A DNA stretch of 64,000 nucleotides from Amoeboaphelidium protococcarum X5 (lineage: Eukaryota; Fungi; Aphelidiomycota): assembly GCA_023515725.1 (NCBI GenBank), contig JALDTO010000136.1, positions 323,321 through 387,320 of the forward strand. Reading direction: 5' to 3'. Positions 12,531-26,402 of this stretch are shown here, piece after piece (within the stretch, counting starts at the first letter, position 1; each line of letters begins with the position of its first letter). The notes beneath the pieces are model-generated. The model was given only the letters and a program-made list of their open reading frames with translations. It had not been told where the DNA came from and searched no databases. Made by a program: the position numbers and the translations under genes.

Positions 12531-14165
12531 ATGACTGTGGGAAAGAGAATCAGAATTTTAGCATTGGGAGATGGAAATTTTAGCTTTTCACTTGCTTTAG
12601 CTAAGTAGATATATGACAGCGGCGAATTTATTTAGGATGATCAATTGTTGAGGCCGGCCCACAAGTATCTAGGACTACGCGGTAGTGATATTCATAATGT
12701 CAAGATATAGATGATTTGTACATCTTTTGACTCGAGAGCGGAAGTACTGGAAAAGTATCCAGAGTCTGATGGTATTTTGAGGCGATTATCTGGCTATAAA
12801 GACGTGCAAGTTCTACATTAGATCAACGCGTGGAATCTCGATGGTCATTTCCCTGACTAAAAGTTTGATATAATCTATTGGAATCATCCACATTTGGGAA
12901 CTGAGAATTTCCATCTACACAGATTTCTGCTAGCACACTTTCTTCATAGTGCCAGGAATGCTCTTAGTGATGGCGATAATACTCTATCAGGTTAATAAGA
13001 TTAGAGCAATAGTCATGCATTTAATCCGTGTATAATAATATCGCTAGTATCTGGATAGGAACGTAGATGGCATCTGGTGTCTGATGATAATGCAGTCACA
13101 ACCACTCCATAACGCTTGAATCTACGCCTGGCTGAGATCTTGCCTTGTATTGAGTCAGATTATGAAGGTTATATTTGCAAGCGAAATAAGAATGGATAGT
13201 CTTTCAAGAATTAGCACACTATAAAGCATACACGGCAGGAGATGAAGAGTTTTACTTACCGATTCACGCGTAATGATGCCTTTATTGATAAGCAGTCCAC
13301 TGATCTTGATAGTGAACTGAAGTCTCTATCTCTTGACTCTGATTATGTTAATCGTAATATCGTGACTTTAGAGGATATCGTGAGTTAACAGATATCATCT
13401 ACCGTAACTACTTAGAAGGTTGGAAAAGTAAAAGGTGATTCTAGTATTACTAAAGAAGTGCTGTATAATCCTGTAAAGTATGTTCAAGATAGAACGCGAA
13501 AACGTCAATAGAAAAAGGCATTAGAAAAGACATTGGGAGAAGTAGAAGATACTCCTCATTTATGGAAGTGCCCAGACTGTCAGAAGTCATACAAGAGTCT
13601 ACGTGCTATTCGAATGCATCATTTATCTATACATGGTCAACAGTCGGATAAAGACCCGTAAGATCATACAGAGTTATTCAAGTGTTTATCTGATGGGTGT
13701 AGCAAAGTATTTAAGAGAATTGAAGATTTGAGGCAGCACACTCTGTATAAGCATTAAAAGTTATCGAACGAAGAATTGGCTTAAATTCATTCAACTTAAT
13801 CTGATCTTAGTGGTGATGCTCAAATGACTTTGAAAGTCCCCGATGTGGTTGTAGTGGAAGCTGACAAAGATACTCCGTACCAGGGATATTAGTATGAACC
13901 ATGTCCCATCTGTGGGTAAGCAGTCAAGATTACTGGAGATAGTTAAGACGACGACTCTAAAGATGGACAGTCTAGTGGATATAAGTTGCATCTCGAGTAT
14001 TTGAAGCCTCTGATAGGAATGAGAATGCGCTGTCCGAACGCGTCAACTTCTTGTACTTCAACTAAGAGCTTTATGGACACCAGGGCTCTAGAGTAGCATT
14101 TCAGATAATGCAGAGCACGCGCAAAGAAGATTAAATCTGAATAGTATTCTGAGTTTTAACTATGA
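12531..14165 (+). CDS. DUF2431/Bmt5-like rRNA uridine-N3 methyltransferase domain fused to C2H2 zinc fingers
   Basis: ILALGDGNFSFSLALA, CTSFDS..EVLEKYP, FDIIYWNHPHLG; CPDCQKSY...H...H and CLSDGCSKVF...H....H fingers. Confidence 0.8.
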
Positions 14166-14281
14166 TAAATAAAGGGCTTAGTGCTATTGATTCGAATTAT
14201 CGCTTTCCACTTCTTGAATGAATTCTCTTCCTTTACTTGAACAATCGCTAGCTACTTTGAAAAACATAACATTATCAATAA

Positions 14282-17200
14282 ATGGAACTGGATTCTATTT
14301 AAGCGCAGTCTGCCTCTAGTCAAAATACGGTTAATTCACTCAGTAATAGCGATAATAATAGCAAGAATCAGTTCCAAGATTATGATACGGTGGATTGGCT
14401 AAGGGATGGCCTTATGGCTAGGAAGCGGCGTTTGAAGGAGTAGAGAGCTTTCAAAGAGATGGAACGATATGCCAGCTTGCATGATTTAGCTGATTACACA
14501 ACTGCTACTACTACAGCTTCTACCAGTACTTTGAATGCTTCTTCAATTCCATTAATTTAATCTCTTATACATCGAATATTTACAAAGAGGCGGAAACGAA
14601 AGCTTATTCATCATGCGATTAGGATATGGCATGCTAGTTAGACGTGGATTGTGGTGACTATGATAGGCTTGCTGGTGGGACTTGCTGCCGTTTCGCTTCA
14701 GATTGTCTCTGCATTCTTCACAGATTTCAAGATGGGTGTATGTATACTTGATAACAAGTCATCACGTGGATGGTACTTGCCAAAGCGGCTATGCTGTCTG
14801 GAATCTGATCTACGCGATTGTCCATCATGGTTCTCGTGGTCTGAGCTGATGCTATCACTGCACGTTCCACCTCTAAACTTCATAATGTATTCGGTATTTG
14901 CTCTCATATTCTCTGTGCTATCATTCTGGATCGTCTAATTCTATTCCACATACTCTGTAATGTCCGGTCTGTCAGAATTAAAATCTATCGTTGGAGGTTT
15001 TCGAATACGTAACTTTCTATCTATCCGCACGGGGTTCACCAAATGGATAGCTATGGCACTGGCTGTCAGTTCATGTCTCTCCATCGGAATTGAAGAGCCG
15101 CTGGTGCATATCGCTGCAACTATTGGAGAATCTTTACCGTAGATATTTGCCAAGTACCAATCTAATCCGGTGCTGTAGCGTGAGATGATTAATATTGCAT
15201 GCGCGTCTGGTTTCGCTGCCGCCTTTGGAGCTCCTCTTTCCGGATTGTTATTCAGTCTTGAAGATCTGACGCCATTTCGGTCGATGCGGATACTGATTAG
15301 AAGTTTCTGGGGATGTCTGGTGGCATGTGGAGTGGTGTAGTACTTTGATCGTGAGGGGAAGTTGAGTTTTCTTCAGGCTGCGTATGATCGAACATGGATA
15401 TGGTGGGAGAGTTTCTTCTTTATCATCCTGGGTGTAATGGGTGGTGTGTACGGTCATTACTATGTGAAGTGTAATTTGTGGATAGCCAATCTTCGCCAAT
15501 CGCATCCATTTTGGACGGGTAAGTAGGTGAAATGGAACGACTGGCTTTTTTGGTGGCCGTCGTTTAGGTAGTGGTCAATCAGTTGGATGTATTACGGCGC
15601 ACAAAAATTGATGTCTACCGTTCCCATATGGCTCGATACGTGGTATGATAGATATTGTAGAGAGGGCGGCGGCGGCAGTAGCAATGGAGAAGATTATTTT
15701 CTCTTATTAGGCCAACAGCGACGTGAAGAGTCTGCATCTAAAAAGACTTTCAATTGGTTCCATCCTGGTAGAAGTGTGGTGAGACGATTCCTTTAAGAGT
15801 TGTGTATAATTACAGCAATATCCGTCTGCCTTTCTTACATGAATCCTTTTACCAGGGGCGATATGGTGCAATTCTTGAGTGGTCTGCTGAGAGAATGCAA
15901 CAGTGACGTTATTGTATTTGGTAAGAGGCCATAATTGGAAGTTGGTGCTGGTTTGGTATAGCCTGTCTTGTAAGCGTTATAGAATGTACCTGCTGCTGCT
16001 GCTGTTAGTGAGGAGAATGATGTCTTTGGACTGTGTTACAATTCATCGGATGAAGCATTTTCATTCTCTGCCATAGTTACTCTTTTGGTGTTTACTATGC
16101 TCACTCGGGCCTTTCTCTCCTGTCTGTCATATGGTCTCAGAATACCTGCTGGCGTCTATCTCTCCACCATGATTGTGGGTGCCTGCGTAGGCAGAATCAT
16201 GGGAATGTCTGTTAGGAATACGGTTGAGGCCGGTCAGGGTAGTTGGCGAGAGTACGTTGATGGAGATAATACAACACTCTCAGCTGTGACAATGATCATC
16301 ACACCTGGCACATATGCATTGGTTGGTGCTGCGTCCTTTCTAGGAGGTGTGTCGAAACTTACTGTATCTGTTGCCGTTATGATGTTTGAGATTACTGGTG
16401 GAGCGGCTCTGACTTATATCATCCCCATAATGATGAGTCTTATGGCGGCCAAGTTTGTCAGTGATGCCCTCGATAGGAGACGGGATTAGAAGGTGTTTGG
16501 CAGTCTATCCGATGCTTATATCAGATTTCACAAGTATCCTTACCTTGATAACAAGAAGGACGTTCGCTTATTCAGGTCTAAAATGGTAGGTGGTGGTGTT
16601 ATGAGATCTGTGCCAATCTAAGCGAGGGAAATTATGACTCCATTTGATGATATAACTTGCATATATCAGAGTGGGTAAAATTATCGGTTACAAGATCTAT
16701 GGCGGTTGTTAGAGTTGCACAATTACTAAGGCTTCCCTGTATTGTCGGACGCGGTGAATCGTTATGTACGTGGGTTTATTCGACGTTAAGATATCGTTGA
16801 TACTTTGCGCTCTTTTAAATCTGATACGGATGACGGTTCTCCATTGGATCTAGAGTTGGTGTGTAGATTTGGCTCTGATCATTCCCCGTCAGATGATGAT
16901 AATGTCGCCGCAATTCTGAACGATCACGTACTTGACCTGTCTTCCCTGGTGGATCGCAATCCTATAAAAATAACGCCAACATACTCGATGGATGTCGTGG
17001 TGGAAATGTTTAGAAAAATGGGACTTCGCTATGTACTGGTTGCATTTCATGGAGGTGCATTATGCGAAACTGCCAGCACCGCGTCAGACGAATAGTAAAA
17101 GCCGGTAGTTGGATCTCTGGTGGGCATTCTAACTAAAAAGGATATTTTGAGATGCATAGAGTAGGAGTTACTTTAAGGCTATGATGATCATAACGAAGGG

Positions 17201-17368
17201 GGAGTTGGACAGAGCGGAAGAAGAAGAAGTGCTAATAGGAGTCGGTAGATTAGCAGACGCAACTCTGGTACAACGCGCAATGTGTAATTAGGACTTGTCA
17301 ATTCTGACAGTGAAGAAGAATTCATAGACATGAATGGCCATAAATTAGGGCCTAGTTTTTCTCATTGA
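14282..17368 (+). CDS. CLC chloride channel/antiporter (Gef1/ClC-3-like) with CBS domains
   Basis: DYDTVDW, SGLSELKSIVGGF, GIEEPLVH, GFAAAFGAPLSGLLFSLE, PGTYALVGAASFLGG, CBS segment FRKMGLRYVLV...GILTKKD; five track ORFs share the frame. Confidence 0.9.
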
Positions 17369-17490
17369 ATGAAATAACAATATAAACTCAAGATTAATAC
17401 TTCGTTTATCATTTATTAACTTTCCATGTTTTTGCCATCTATAACAACTGCAAATTGCCTTAATTTAAATCTTGGTATTTAAGTATAGAG

Positions 17491-18330
17491 ATGGAATTGC
17501 CAAATGTTGGAAAATAATGTTCATTGCCTCAGTGTCAGTAGATTGATTTTCTGCCCATAAAGTGCGATAAATGTCTGCAATACTTCTGTGGAGATCACCG
17601 ACTTTCACATGGATGCGAGTAGGTTGAATCTGAATTGTAATCAAATGTTGTAAATCCAGGAAGTATGAGTGGTAAAATAGGTGATAATCAAGTGAAAGAA
17701 TTCTGCCCAGTATCTGATTGTAAAGTGTCTCTATTGAATATGAAATGGTCCACATGTGATGATTGTAAATAGAAATTTTGTCTGAAACATCGAAACAAAC
17801 TTGATCATAACTGCATCAGTGCTGATCTCTAAGTACAGGTTAAATAGTAGTAGAGGTCGCAAGTTAATGCTCTGCTGTAATAGAATGGACTACCAGCGAT
17901 TGAGTCTAGTAATGCCAGTACTAATAAATAGAGTAAATAGAGAGCGACATCGAAGGCGTCCAGTAATCCCAAGGTGGAGTTGATGCGGATAAAAATGAAA
18001 GCTAAAGGTGATCAGAGTATTCCCATGGATCAGCGTCTCTTTATCAAATGCAGGCAGTTCGCCGAAGATGATAGTGCGGTAAAGTATCTTTTTGTAAGTA
18101 ACAAGTGCACCATAGGAAAGTTTATAGATATTGTGGCCAGTACATGTCAAGTTAGGAATGTGAATAACAGTTTAGCTGATGATCAAACAGGGGAGCGACT
18201 GGTCTTACAACTCGCTGACGGCTCTCTTATAGGCGAGACGGTGGACAATCGACTAACTCTCCCTGTTTGTGACTTCATTCAGTAAGCTGACACTATCATC
18301 ATTGGATAGCTTTAATAGTTCTAATCATGA
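17491..18330 (+). CDS. AN1-type zinc finger protein (ZFAND1/Cuz1-like) with C-terminal ubiquitin-like domain
   Basis: MELPNVGKQCSLPQCQQIDFLPIKCDKC...FCGDH; second AN1 finger FCLKHR; LMRIKMKAKGDQSIPMDQR. Confidence 0.85.
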
Positions 18331-18479
18331 CTTCTAATTGATAGAGATATAAATTGCGAAGAAATTAAAGTGTCAATGATTTTTGAAAACTGATTGTTTT
18401 GTATTGCAGTTTTCTGGATCAACCTCATCAGCTCAAATTTTTCATTTTCTACTTGCTATAACGATTAGATAAAAATTCA

Positions 18480-19544
18480 ATGCTTCGTTAAGTAATAAAG
18501 AGATACGCGTCATTTGCACAAAGATAATAGGCCGAGAGACTATCAGATCCTAGAGCTGTAGTTGGCCCTACATACTTTACGGGGAAGCCAGTGTACCATG
18601 ATACGTTGTCGTATATTGATTACAATCTGGCCAAGTTCAATGCGCAAAAGAGCATCAATAATGCGACCCGCTCTCCACTATCAGTCTCAGTAATCGCTGG
18701 ATTAAATAATAATGATGTAAAGATGCCTGAATGGATAAGTCTTAAGGATCTTAAAAGTAGATGGAACGTTCCTATTAATCCGGAAGAGTATGATCAATTT
18801 GTATAGAGGCTGAACGCGTTACATGCCACTGGAGACACTGAACTGATCAATTACGCGTCTCAGTTTTATGCCAAAGTTTAGAATAGTGGATTTCACGTTC
18901 CTGATATTGCATAGAATACCCCAGTGGTGGATGAGAATGGACGCGTTTATGCATGTGGTGTCCGGCGCAAGTTACTGGCTCATGTATGGCTGATTCCATC
19001 CAACTCTGCATCTAGCGAATCACAAAGCAACACTATTCTTATCAATGGAGTCGACTACAAATCAGTCTTGAAGAATATGAAGGATCGCTTCGTGGTGGCT
19101 GCTCCATTTCATGACTCGCTGGTGGGAGAGTTTAATGTGTACTGCAAGTTGGAGTCTGCGTTCTAAGAGAAGAATCGATAGCTGAAAGATATTCTGCATG
19201 AAGGTGGTTTATCTGCGGGTAATTCAATTGCTGATCTATACGGCAATTCTGCGATAAGAGATGCTCTGACTGTAGGTATAGCTAGAGCAATGCGTAGACT
19301 GCTTTTGCATTCCAAAGATAAATTGACGCGTTAGTCTACTGAAGACGGTAGTGAAAAAAGTGACGCATCTTAAAGTTTTTCAAATGATGGCCATTCAATA
19401 GCCACTCTTCTAAGTCAAGTGGCATCTGATGACTAGTTCATGGCCTAGTTGGATCAAATGTGTCTGGCTGATGAAAGACAACGTGAACGTAAGAAGGCTG
19501 GTCAACCATCTGCTCGCGCCAAGCACCAGTGGGTAAAGAGATGA
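18480..19544 (+). CDS. MRPS9: Mitochondrial ribosomal protein uS9m
   Basis: DENGRVYACGVRRK..AHVWL; C-terminal ERKKAGQPSARAKHQWVKR-TGA signature. Confidence 0.85.
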
Positions 19545-19766
19545 TTCAATTATTCATAAAGTTTATTAAAACTATAATATATAATTTAATCACACTATGT
19601 GTTATTTGCATTTTTATAAATATAGTAGAATTTGTGAAAGCGTCGTATAGGCTGGTCTTTGAAGAACGACCTGTCTGTCTTTAGCTTGTACTTTGTTAGC
19701 GCGAGACATTTCTTTATATTCCACATCTGTAAACTGGTCAACCTAAAGAAAATAGATATCAGAACA

Positions 19767-20213
19767 ATGACAGTGCTGACAGGTGACTAGAATAATGCAG
19801 CCAAATAGAGCGAAATGAAAATTATGCCAACTAGAGTGGTGTTCAAGAGTAGACCGATGTGGAAGAGAGCACTGGGCATAGTGGTTCCACTCGCAGTAGG
19901 ACTGGTGTCTGGACTCTCAGTAACTTCATTCTCCATTATAAGTAATCTTAGGGATGATTTGAGAAAGAGAGATATATTCTTGAATGGAAACATGTCTACT
20001 TTACAATCTGAAGTTAAGCGACTCACGGAAGAGTATCAGAAATTGTAGTCCCTGGTGGGTAATTACTAACATTAGGTGGATATTCAGCGAGATCAAATCG
20101 CCGCGAATCAGTAGGAACTTTAACAACTGCAGACGCTTCGTAACGACATTCAAGATATGCGGCAAGAGATGGTTCAGGTAAACATGCGGCTGGACGATAT
20201 TAACGATAAATGA
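19767..20213 (+). CDS. Small single-TM coiled-coil protein
   Basis: One frame ATG to TGA; hydrophobic helix followed by a Q/L-rich heptad region. Confidence 0.6.
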
Positions 20214-20437
20214 ATTGTCATAAAATAATTATTGTCAAAGCCACCATTTCAGATTTTTTAAATTTCTTTTCCACGTGTATTTAATTCCCACAAGGCGGGA
20301 GCTGACGTAACGGCTTATCTGAATGAGGGGCGTTCCCATCATCATCATTTACTCTCTTCTCCATACTTTTTTGTGCATTTCTTATCAGTTCCTCAAGAAT
20401 TCATATTATAATAGCTTACATTATACGCGTGGTAAGT

Positions 20438-22315
20438 ATGAAATTTCTGAGCGTCGGTGCTATTATTGCCTGCTTGGCCATGTCTGTGGTGTCTGAGCAG
20501 GCAGCGATTGTGGCGAAAAGTATTGGTACAGGCCATTTGGTACTGCAGCGTGAGGTGGCGCGTCCTTTACCCAAGGCATGTGTTGTGTTCGCTCCTGGTG
20601 CATCGCTGGTTCCCAAGCAGTATGGTCCAATATTTGAGAAGCTGATTTAGTTGACCGAATTCTAGGATACCGTTGCGCTTATCCTCAAATTTCCTTTCGA
20701 CAACGTGTTCACTCAGAAGTAGTTCAATGGCATCGTGGAGGAGGCTGTTAGTGAGTTATTGGCTAATTTATAGCAGTCCAACCCACATTTAAATGTCACG
20801 TCTATTCCATTCTTTTTTGGTGGTCACTCTCGCGGTGGTATCTCCATGCAAGATCTGATGCAAGAGCTGTACAATTTGGACAGTACTGTTGACAATAAGC
20901 ATGTCTCAGTTCCAGCCAAGTTTTTGGTGCAGAATTCCGCCATTAATTAGAATGATCCAACTGGACAGACAAAGGGCAAGGATGTGGATTTGTCCACTTT
21001 GTTGAATGTCAATAATTCTGGTATGATCTTATTTTCAGCTACTCTGGCGCGCAAGTACAGACCTGATTAGAATGGTAGCTTCCGTGATGTCAATTATCCT
21101 ATTTTCACTATTGGTGGAGATATGGACGGTCTTTTTAGGCCTTTTAGACTGGCTGAGCAGTATTACCATGAGTCGCTGAGCGAAGCTTATCCAGAGATTT
21201 CAAGGCGCGAGAAATTTTCCACTCGACCTGTGCTTGTTGTAAGAGGTGCATCGCACATGTCATTCGCATCTGGTTTGGCTCCTATTTTTGTAAAGCTGAA
21301 TGATAACAGAGCTCAGGTTGGCGATTTGGAGGCCCACGAGACGATTGCAAAATCTATGGCATATTTCACTCAAATGAATGGTCACAAGTTGAGAAAGTAA
21401 CTTGATTAATCTGTACTTGCCATATTGTACTCCAATCATGTCTAAAATTCCCGTAAGTACTTTGATACCATTGTTAAATCATTAGAGTTGGAGGGATCCT
21501 ACCATTTGAAGCCAGCATGTAATGAATTGAAGGATGGTGATAAGAGAAAGGAGATACTGCCTAGTGGTTAACAACACTCTCGTGCATCGAGATGCTGGTC
21601 CGGCTCTCCATGGTCCGAGATGATGCAGTCTTCTCTGGCTAATTTGACTGATCCTGGTTTGAAGCTGAGATCTAACGTTTAAATCAGTTCATAGGATGCT
21701 TTTTGGAAAGTGTGGCTGATCAATCCTGTGCATCTGCCAAACATCACTGAGAGTTCTTGCACTGCAGATAAGGAATTTGCATGTACTGTAAATGCTACCA
21801 CTGTGACTCAAGCAACGTACCCGTTTGTAGATGTTCTTGACTTTGGTTTCTATCCTATTGCTTCAGATGAGTTGAGAACCAAGTTCAAGTCTATCCAAGC
21901 GTTGCATGTGGCTGCTGGTGTAAGCGGCGCGGATGCTGATTCCTATTTTAAAACTGTGGATGATAATGATCAGGTGTGTAAGAGATTGAATTAGCTGTCT
22001 CTCGACTGGGCGTTGAAGAATGCTGATAAGGTTGTACTTCAAAGATATCTAAGCGGAAGTGTGAGATACGTTGCCGGTAATGATAGTGGTCCTTACAATG
22101 CCGGTCCTAACTGGATTTGGAAGGCGTTGCAAATAAAAGAAGTGAAAGACGATGCTTACAAGACCACTGTTGAAATTACTAGTCCATCCATGAGAACTCC
22201 GGTGAATTACTTTGTCAAACTGTCTGCCGGCTTTCACTATTGCAAGGTCTTGAGTCCGGCTAGAGCTCTGGAGTTGATATACTCCGATTCTCTGAGATAC
22301 GATTACAAGCTATGA
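20438..22315 (+). CDS. Secreted alpha/beta-hydrolase-fold protein
   Basis: Signal peptide MKFLSVGAIIACLA; VFAPGA, GGHSRGG nucleophile elbow, IGGDMDG, GASHMSF; four track ORFs in one frame ending at TGA. Confidence 0.8.
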
Positions 22316-22428
22316 ATTGGCTGATGAGTCGGTAGTATGTAAGTCGGACTGACTGAAGTTGTATATTGTGTTAGCGACATTAATATCAATATCTATTATT
22401 ACTCTAACATACTCTTTTCATATATAAT

Positions 22429-24213
22429 TCAATTTCTCTACAACTTTTAGTTGAGCATTTTCTGGTAAATGTTGAGGTTCAGCATCTCCAACACCTCATC
22501 TTTCACCTTGTCGAACGGCGCGATGTTCATTACGGACGGATCAGTGTAAGTGGTTCCCTTCATCGGCTTCAAATCTACGCTCTTCACCTCCCCGACCTTG
22601 ATCTTGACTATTGCCTGCTTTACTTACTCTGCTACTGTACTGGAAATGTTGATTTAAAATGGAGAGTCCTTGGAGATGTACTTCTCATACAATGCGATAA
22701 ACTTCTTTCTGATTATCGCGTCCACCTCCACGTTGTAATCAATTTCGGCAAGGAGTTGCAGAGGATCCAAATTCATCATTGTACTAGTACTGGAGTCGCT
22801 CATGATACTGGAAGAGTCATTCTTGGAGGAGATGTCTTTCAAACTCGGTTTGTCAATGTCCACCACTGTTCTATCTGGAGAAGAGGCAGCATTATTACTC
22901 AGCTTTTATTTAGATCTGCGACTTAAATGTTAGATCAATACTGGATTAAATACGACTGACAAATCGAATCGCAGCTTCTTCAGCTTTTCAAGTACCTAAG
23001 CATCACTATTCTTGTTCTTGTCAATAAATTTGCTGAATGCCTAAGATATAGCACTTCCCAATGTAGATGATCGACGCGACAATTTGTCATCTTGCTGTGG
23101 TTACAAGTTACTTATCACGTCATCTAGCATTTTAAAGTAGCACATTTGCATCAGAGATAAATAATCTTCCCAAAACTTGATGTTTTCACTAGTAAACGCT
23201 TCTATAGACAGTTATTTCAGCTGTTCATAAGACTTTGGATCCGATAAACATTGGGAGAAGTCTTTTTAAGTAGTTGTGGAGCTTTTACGAGACTGGGATC
23301 CGCGCATCATGGTGTACAGAGGAAAAACTATCAGCTCTACTTGCATTATTATCATACCTCCAGCTGCAAACATCAGAGGTCTCACGTACTAGAAAAATAC
23401 AGTGCTACTCAGTGAAGTCGAGATCACGGTAAAGTACAGTACGAAAGTTATCCCAGCCAGAGTTCCTTACACTGACAGTGATCTCCTGATGTTGTAGATA
23501 TCCCGAACTCCCTGTAGAACATAAACCATTATTGGACTGAACACGAATATGCAACCTGCCAACATAACATATAAAGGCATATACATGATGAAAATGTTAT
23601 TAAACAAGCATATATCCAGTTGACCATCCGGATTCTGAATGGCGTAAATGATGAGGAATACTACCAGGCTGCAGAAGACGTAGACTGACACGCCATAAAT
23701 GTACTTATTCTCCTAAAGATAGTGGTTGTACAAAGCTATCGCTTTTGCAGCGTCAGACTTACTTAGAGTGTGTAAGTTGCATGTTCTGACCAGATTTATA
23801 CGCACCATGTCCCGCCAAGTGACGTTCCTGATACCTGACGTGCCTTCGATCAGCGCCTCTTGGGACGTTTCAAAATTTGATTTGATCAAACTGAGGCGAT
23901 ATTGAACAAACAGTCTCACAGCCCGGGCACATACTCCAGCGATACACATTAAGTATCCAAACTGATTCCAAACCATTGAGATAAAGCAGTTGTATCGCAT
24001 ACCCGATACTTCCAGACCATAGAATATGGATGACTATATGTTAATGGAAACAACTCCGATAATCAAAACGAGTGCCAGCTTCCCACTCCTCTTGTCAAAC
24101 TCTTCCATTAAGTTTAGCCGCTTAAAGTACACCACATACAGCACTGAAGTCACCACCATAAATACGGAGGCGGTGATTCCATAAGCCAGATATAAATCGA
24201 GAGCCAGAGCCAT
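22429..24213 (-). CDS. 7TM-RGS protein, paralogue 1
   Basis: Multiple TM helices, then a split RGS domain: LKQLSIEAFTSENIKFWEDY ... YEKYISKDSPFQINIS ... FDKVKDEVLEML. Confidence 0.82.
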
Positions 24214-24533
24214 ATTCCTCTATATAAATCACCGATATATACAAATTAAATTTCTAGATTTAAATTATAGCTTAAAAGGCAGGGAGGTCAAAGTCTGCTT
24301 GATCCTCTTTGTTGATGATTTATAAAAATAGATGGCTACCTTGGATACACAGAGGATCGGTGATGCTTAAAAGCAATATGCATGATAGAACCTACTAACT
24401 TTTACACATGCTGTTTAAAGTCAAGAACAGAGCGTTATCAAAGTACAATATTTTTTGTGGTACTATTTGTAAAGTGCAATTGCAGCGCATAAAAACACAA
24501 CTCACCGTATAATAATATTTTATTCTTCAGTGT

Positions 24534-26357
24534 TCAAGCAACTTCTTGCAATTTATTACCACTTTTGCTGATCAGCATCTTGGAGTAAATATTGGTTCTT
24601 ATCATTTCAAGAACATCCTCTTTAACCTTGTCGAAAGGTGCAATATTCAACACTGTTGCATCTTCATCGTTGGACGCACGATTCACTGACGGTTTCAAGT
24701 CAATACTCGTGTAATCACCAGCTTTGATCTTCTTAACGACTTGAGCAACATTTTGAACCGTAGATTGTGCCACATTGATTTGATATGAAGCATCCCTGTC
24801 CATATATTTCTCGTAGAGTTAGATCAGCTTTCTCCTGATTACAGCGTCGATTTCGACATTGCAGTCAAGTTCGGCCAAGATCGATATCGGATCAGAACTC
24901 TTGCTCTGCAGAGAGCTTGAACCGCTGATAACACTGGCTTGATCAGCGCTCACATTCACATCCTTTACGCTTGGTGAACCATTCGAAGCCAAAACTGCAG
25001 TGCGCTAAGACTCTCTTTTACTCAGATGGCGAATCAGCACCGGGTTAAACACGACGGATAATTCAAAACGCAGCTTCTTCAGTCTCTCAAGAAACTAGGC
25101 ATCACTTCCAGCCGAGTTGTTTGACTTGTCAGTCAGTCTGCTGAATGCTTGTGCCAGCTTTGATCCAATAGTGGAGGTACGACGCGTCAGAGTATTCGGT
25201 GCAAGTTAATCTGAGGATAAACTGTTAATCACTTCATCGAGCATTTTGTAGTAGCACATTTACATCAGCGACAAGTAATCTTCCCAAAATTTGACATTTT
25301 CGCTGGCAAAGGCTTCGATCGATAATTGTTTCAACTGTTCATACATCTTGGGATCTGATAAGCATTGCGAAAAGTCTTTTTACACTTTCACATTGTCAGA
25401 GTAAAATTTACGTCCATACGCGATGCGAACTAAAGGCACCACAATCAATTCAACATGCATGATGAACACGCCAATCAACGCAAACATTACTGGCTTGAAG
25501 TAGACGAATACTGGAATCAAAGACAGAGGACTGGCAGTCAGAATGAAATACAGCAAAAATGTACTTCCACCCACAATGGCCTGTAAAGACAATGATTTGC
25601 GAATGCCATATATATCTTGGACTCCTCTGAGCAGTATCACCAAAATGGGACTGATGACGAACAAAAACAGGGCCAACATCATATACAGAGGCAGTTGAAC
25701 TATTGCAGCATCACTGAATCGACATGCATCAAATAGAGGATTACCGGCTTTTACAAAATATAAGATCAGAAAGATTACAGTTAAAAGACAGACATAGACG
25801 AAAATGAACCTCAAGTAGATCCATTCGTTCAGATAGCGGCTGTACAGAGCAATGGCTTACGCAGAGTCTTTGGTGCCCAGTTTACCAATCTAAGCAGTGC
25901 TGATAAAGAAATAACGCATTGCCTAGCGCCACGAAATTGCATGTTTAGCTCCAGATGAACCCTCAGTATCGTTGACTTATTGCAAATCAGACGCGTTGTC
26001 ACTTGTTTCAACTTTGGCAGCCCGCATCAAGCTCAGGCGATACTACACCAGCAATCTCACTGCCCTAGCACCAAGACTGGAAATTGCCAAGTTATAACCG
26101 ATGTTATTCCAAAATAACTGTTGAAAGCAGCCAGGATCTGTTGCACCAACCAGCTTCAAACCATTTCCAATTGAATCTGACAAAGTCAGCACAGTGACAC
26201 CAACTATGAATGATACAACCAGGCGGCCACTCTTCTTGTCAAACTCTTCCATTTTCAGAGATTTCGCATAGTATATCACATAGATGCCAGTGGTTATAAG
26301 ATAAAATGTACTCGTTGTTAATGCAAATGCCAGATACAGGGCCAAAGCAAGCTCCAT
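24534..26357 (-). CDS. 7TM-RGS protein, paralogue 2
   Basis: Close paralogue of 22429-24213; EAFASENVKFWEDY, ASYQINVA, FDKVKEDVLEMI; ends at TGA. Confidence 0.82.
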
Positions 26358-26402
26358 TGCGTATTAGGATGTATTATTACTGTGAATAAGATAAATATAT
26401 GA

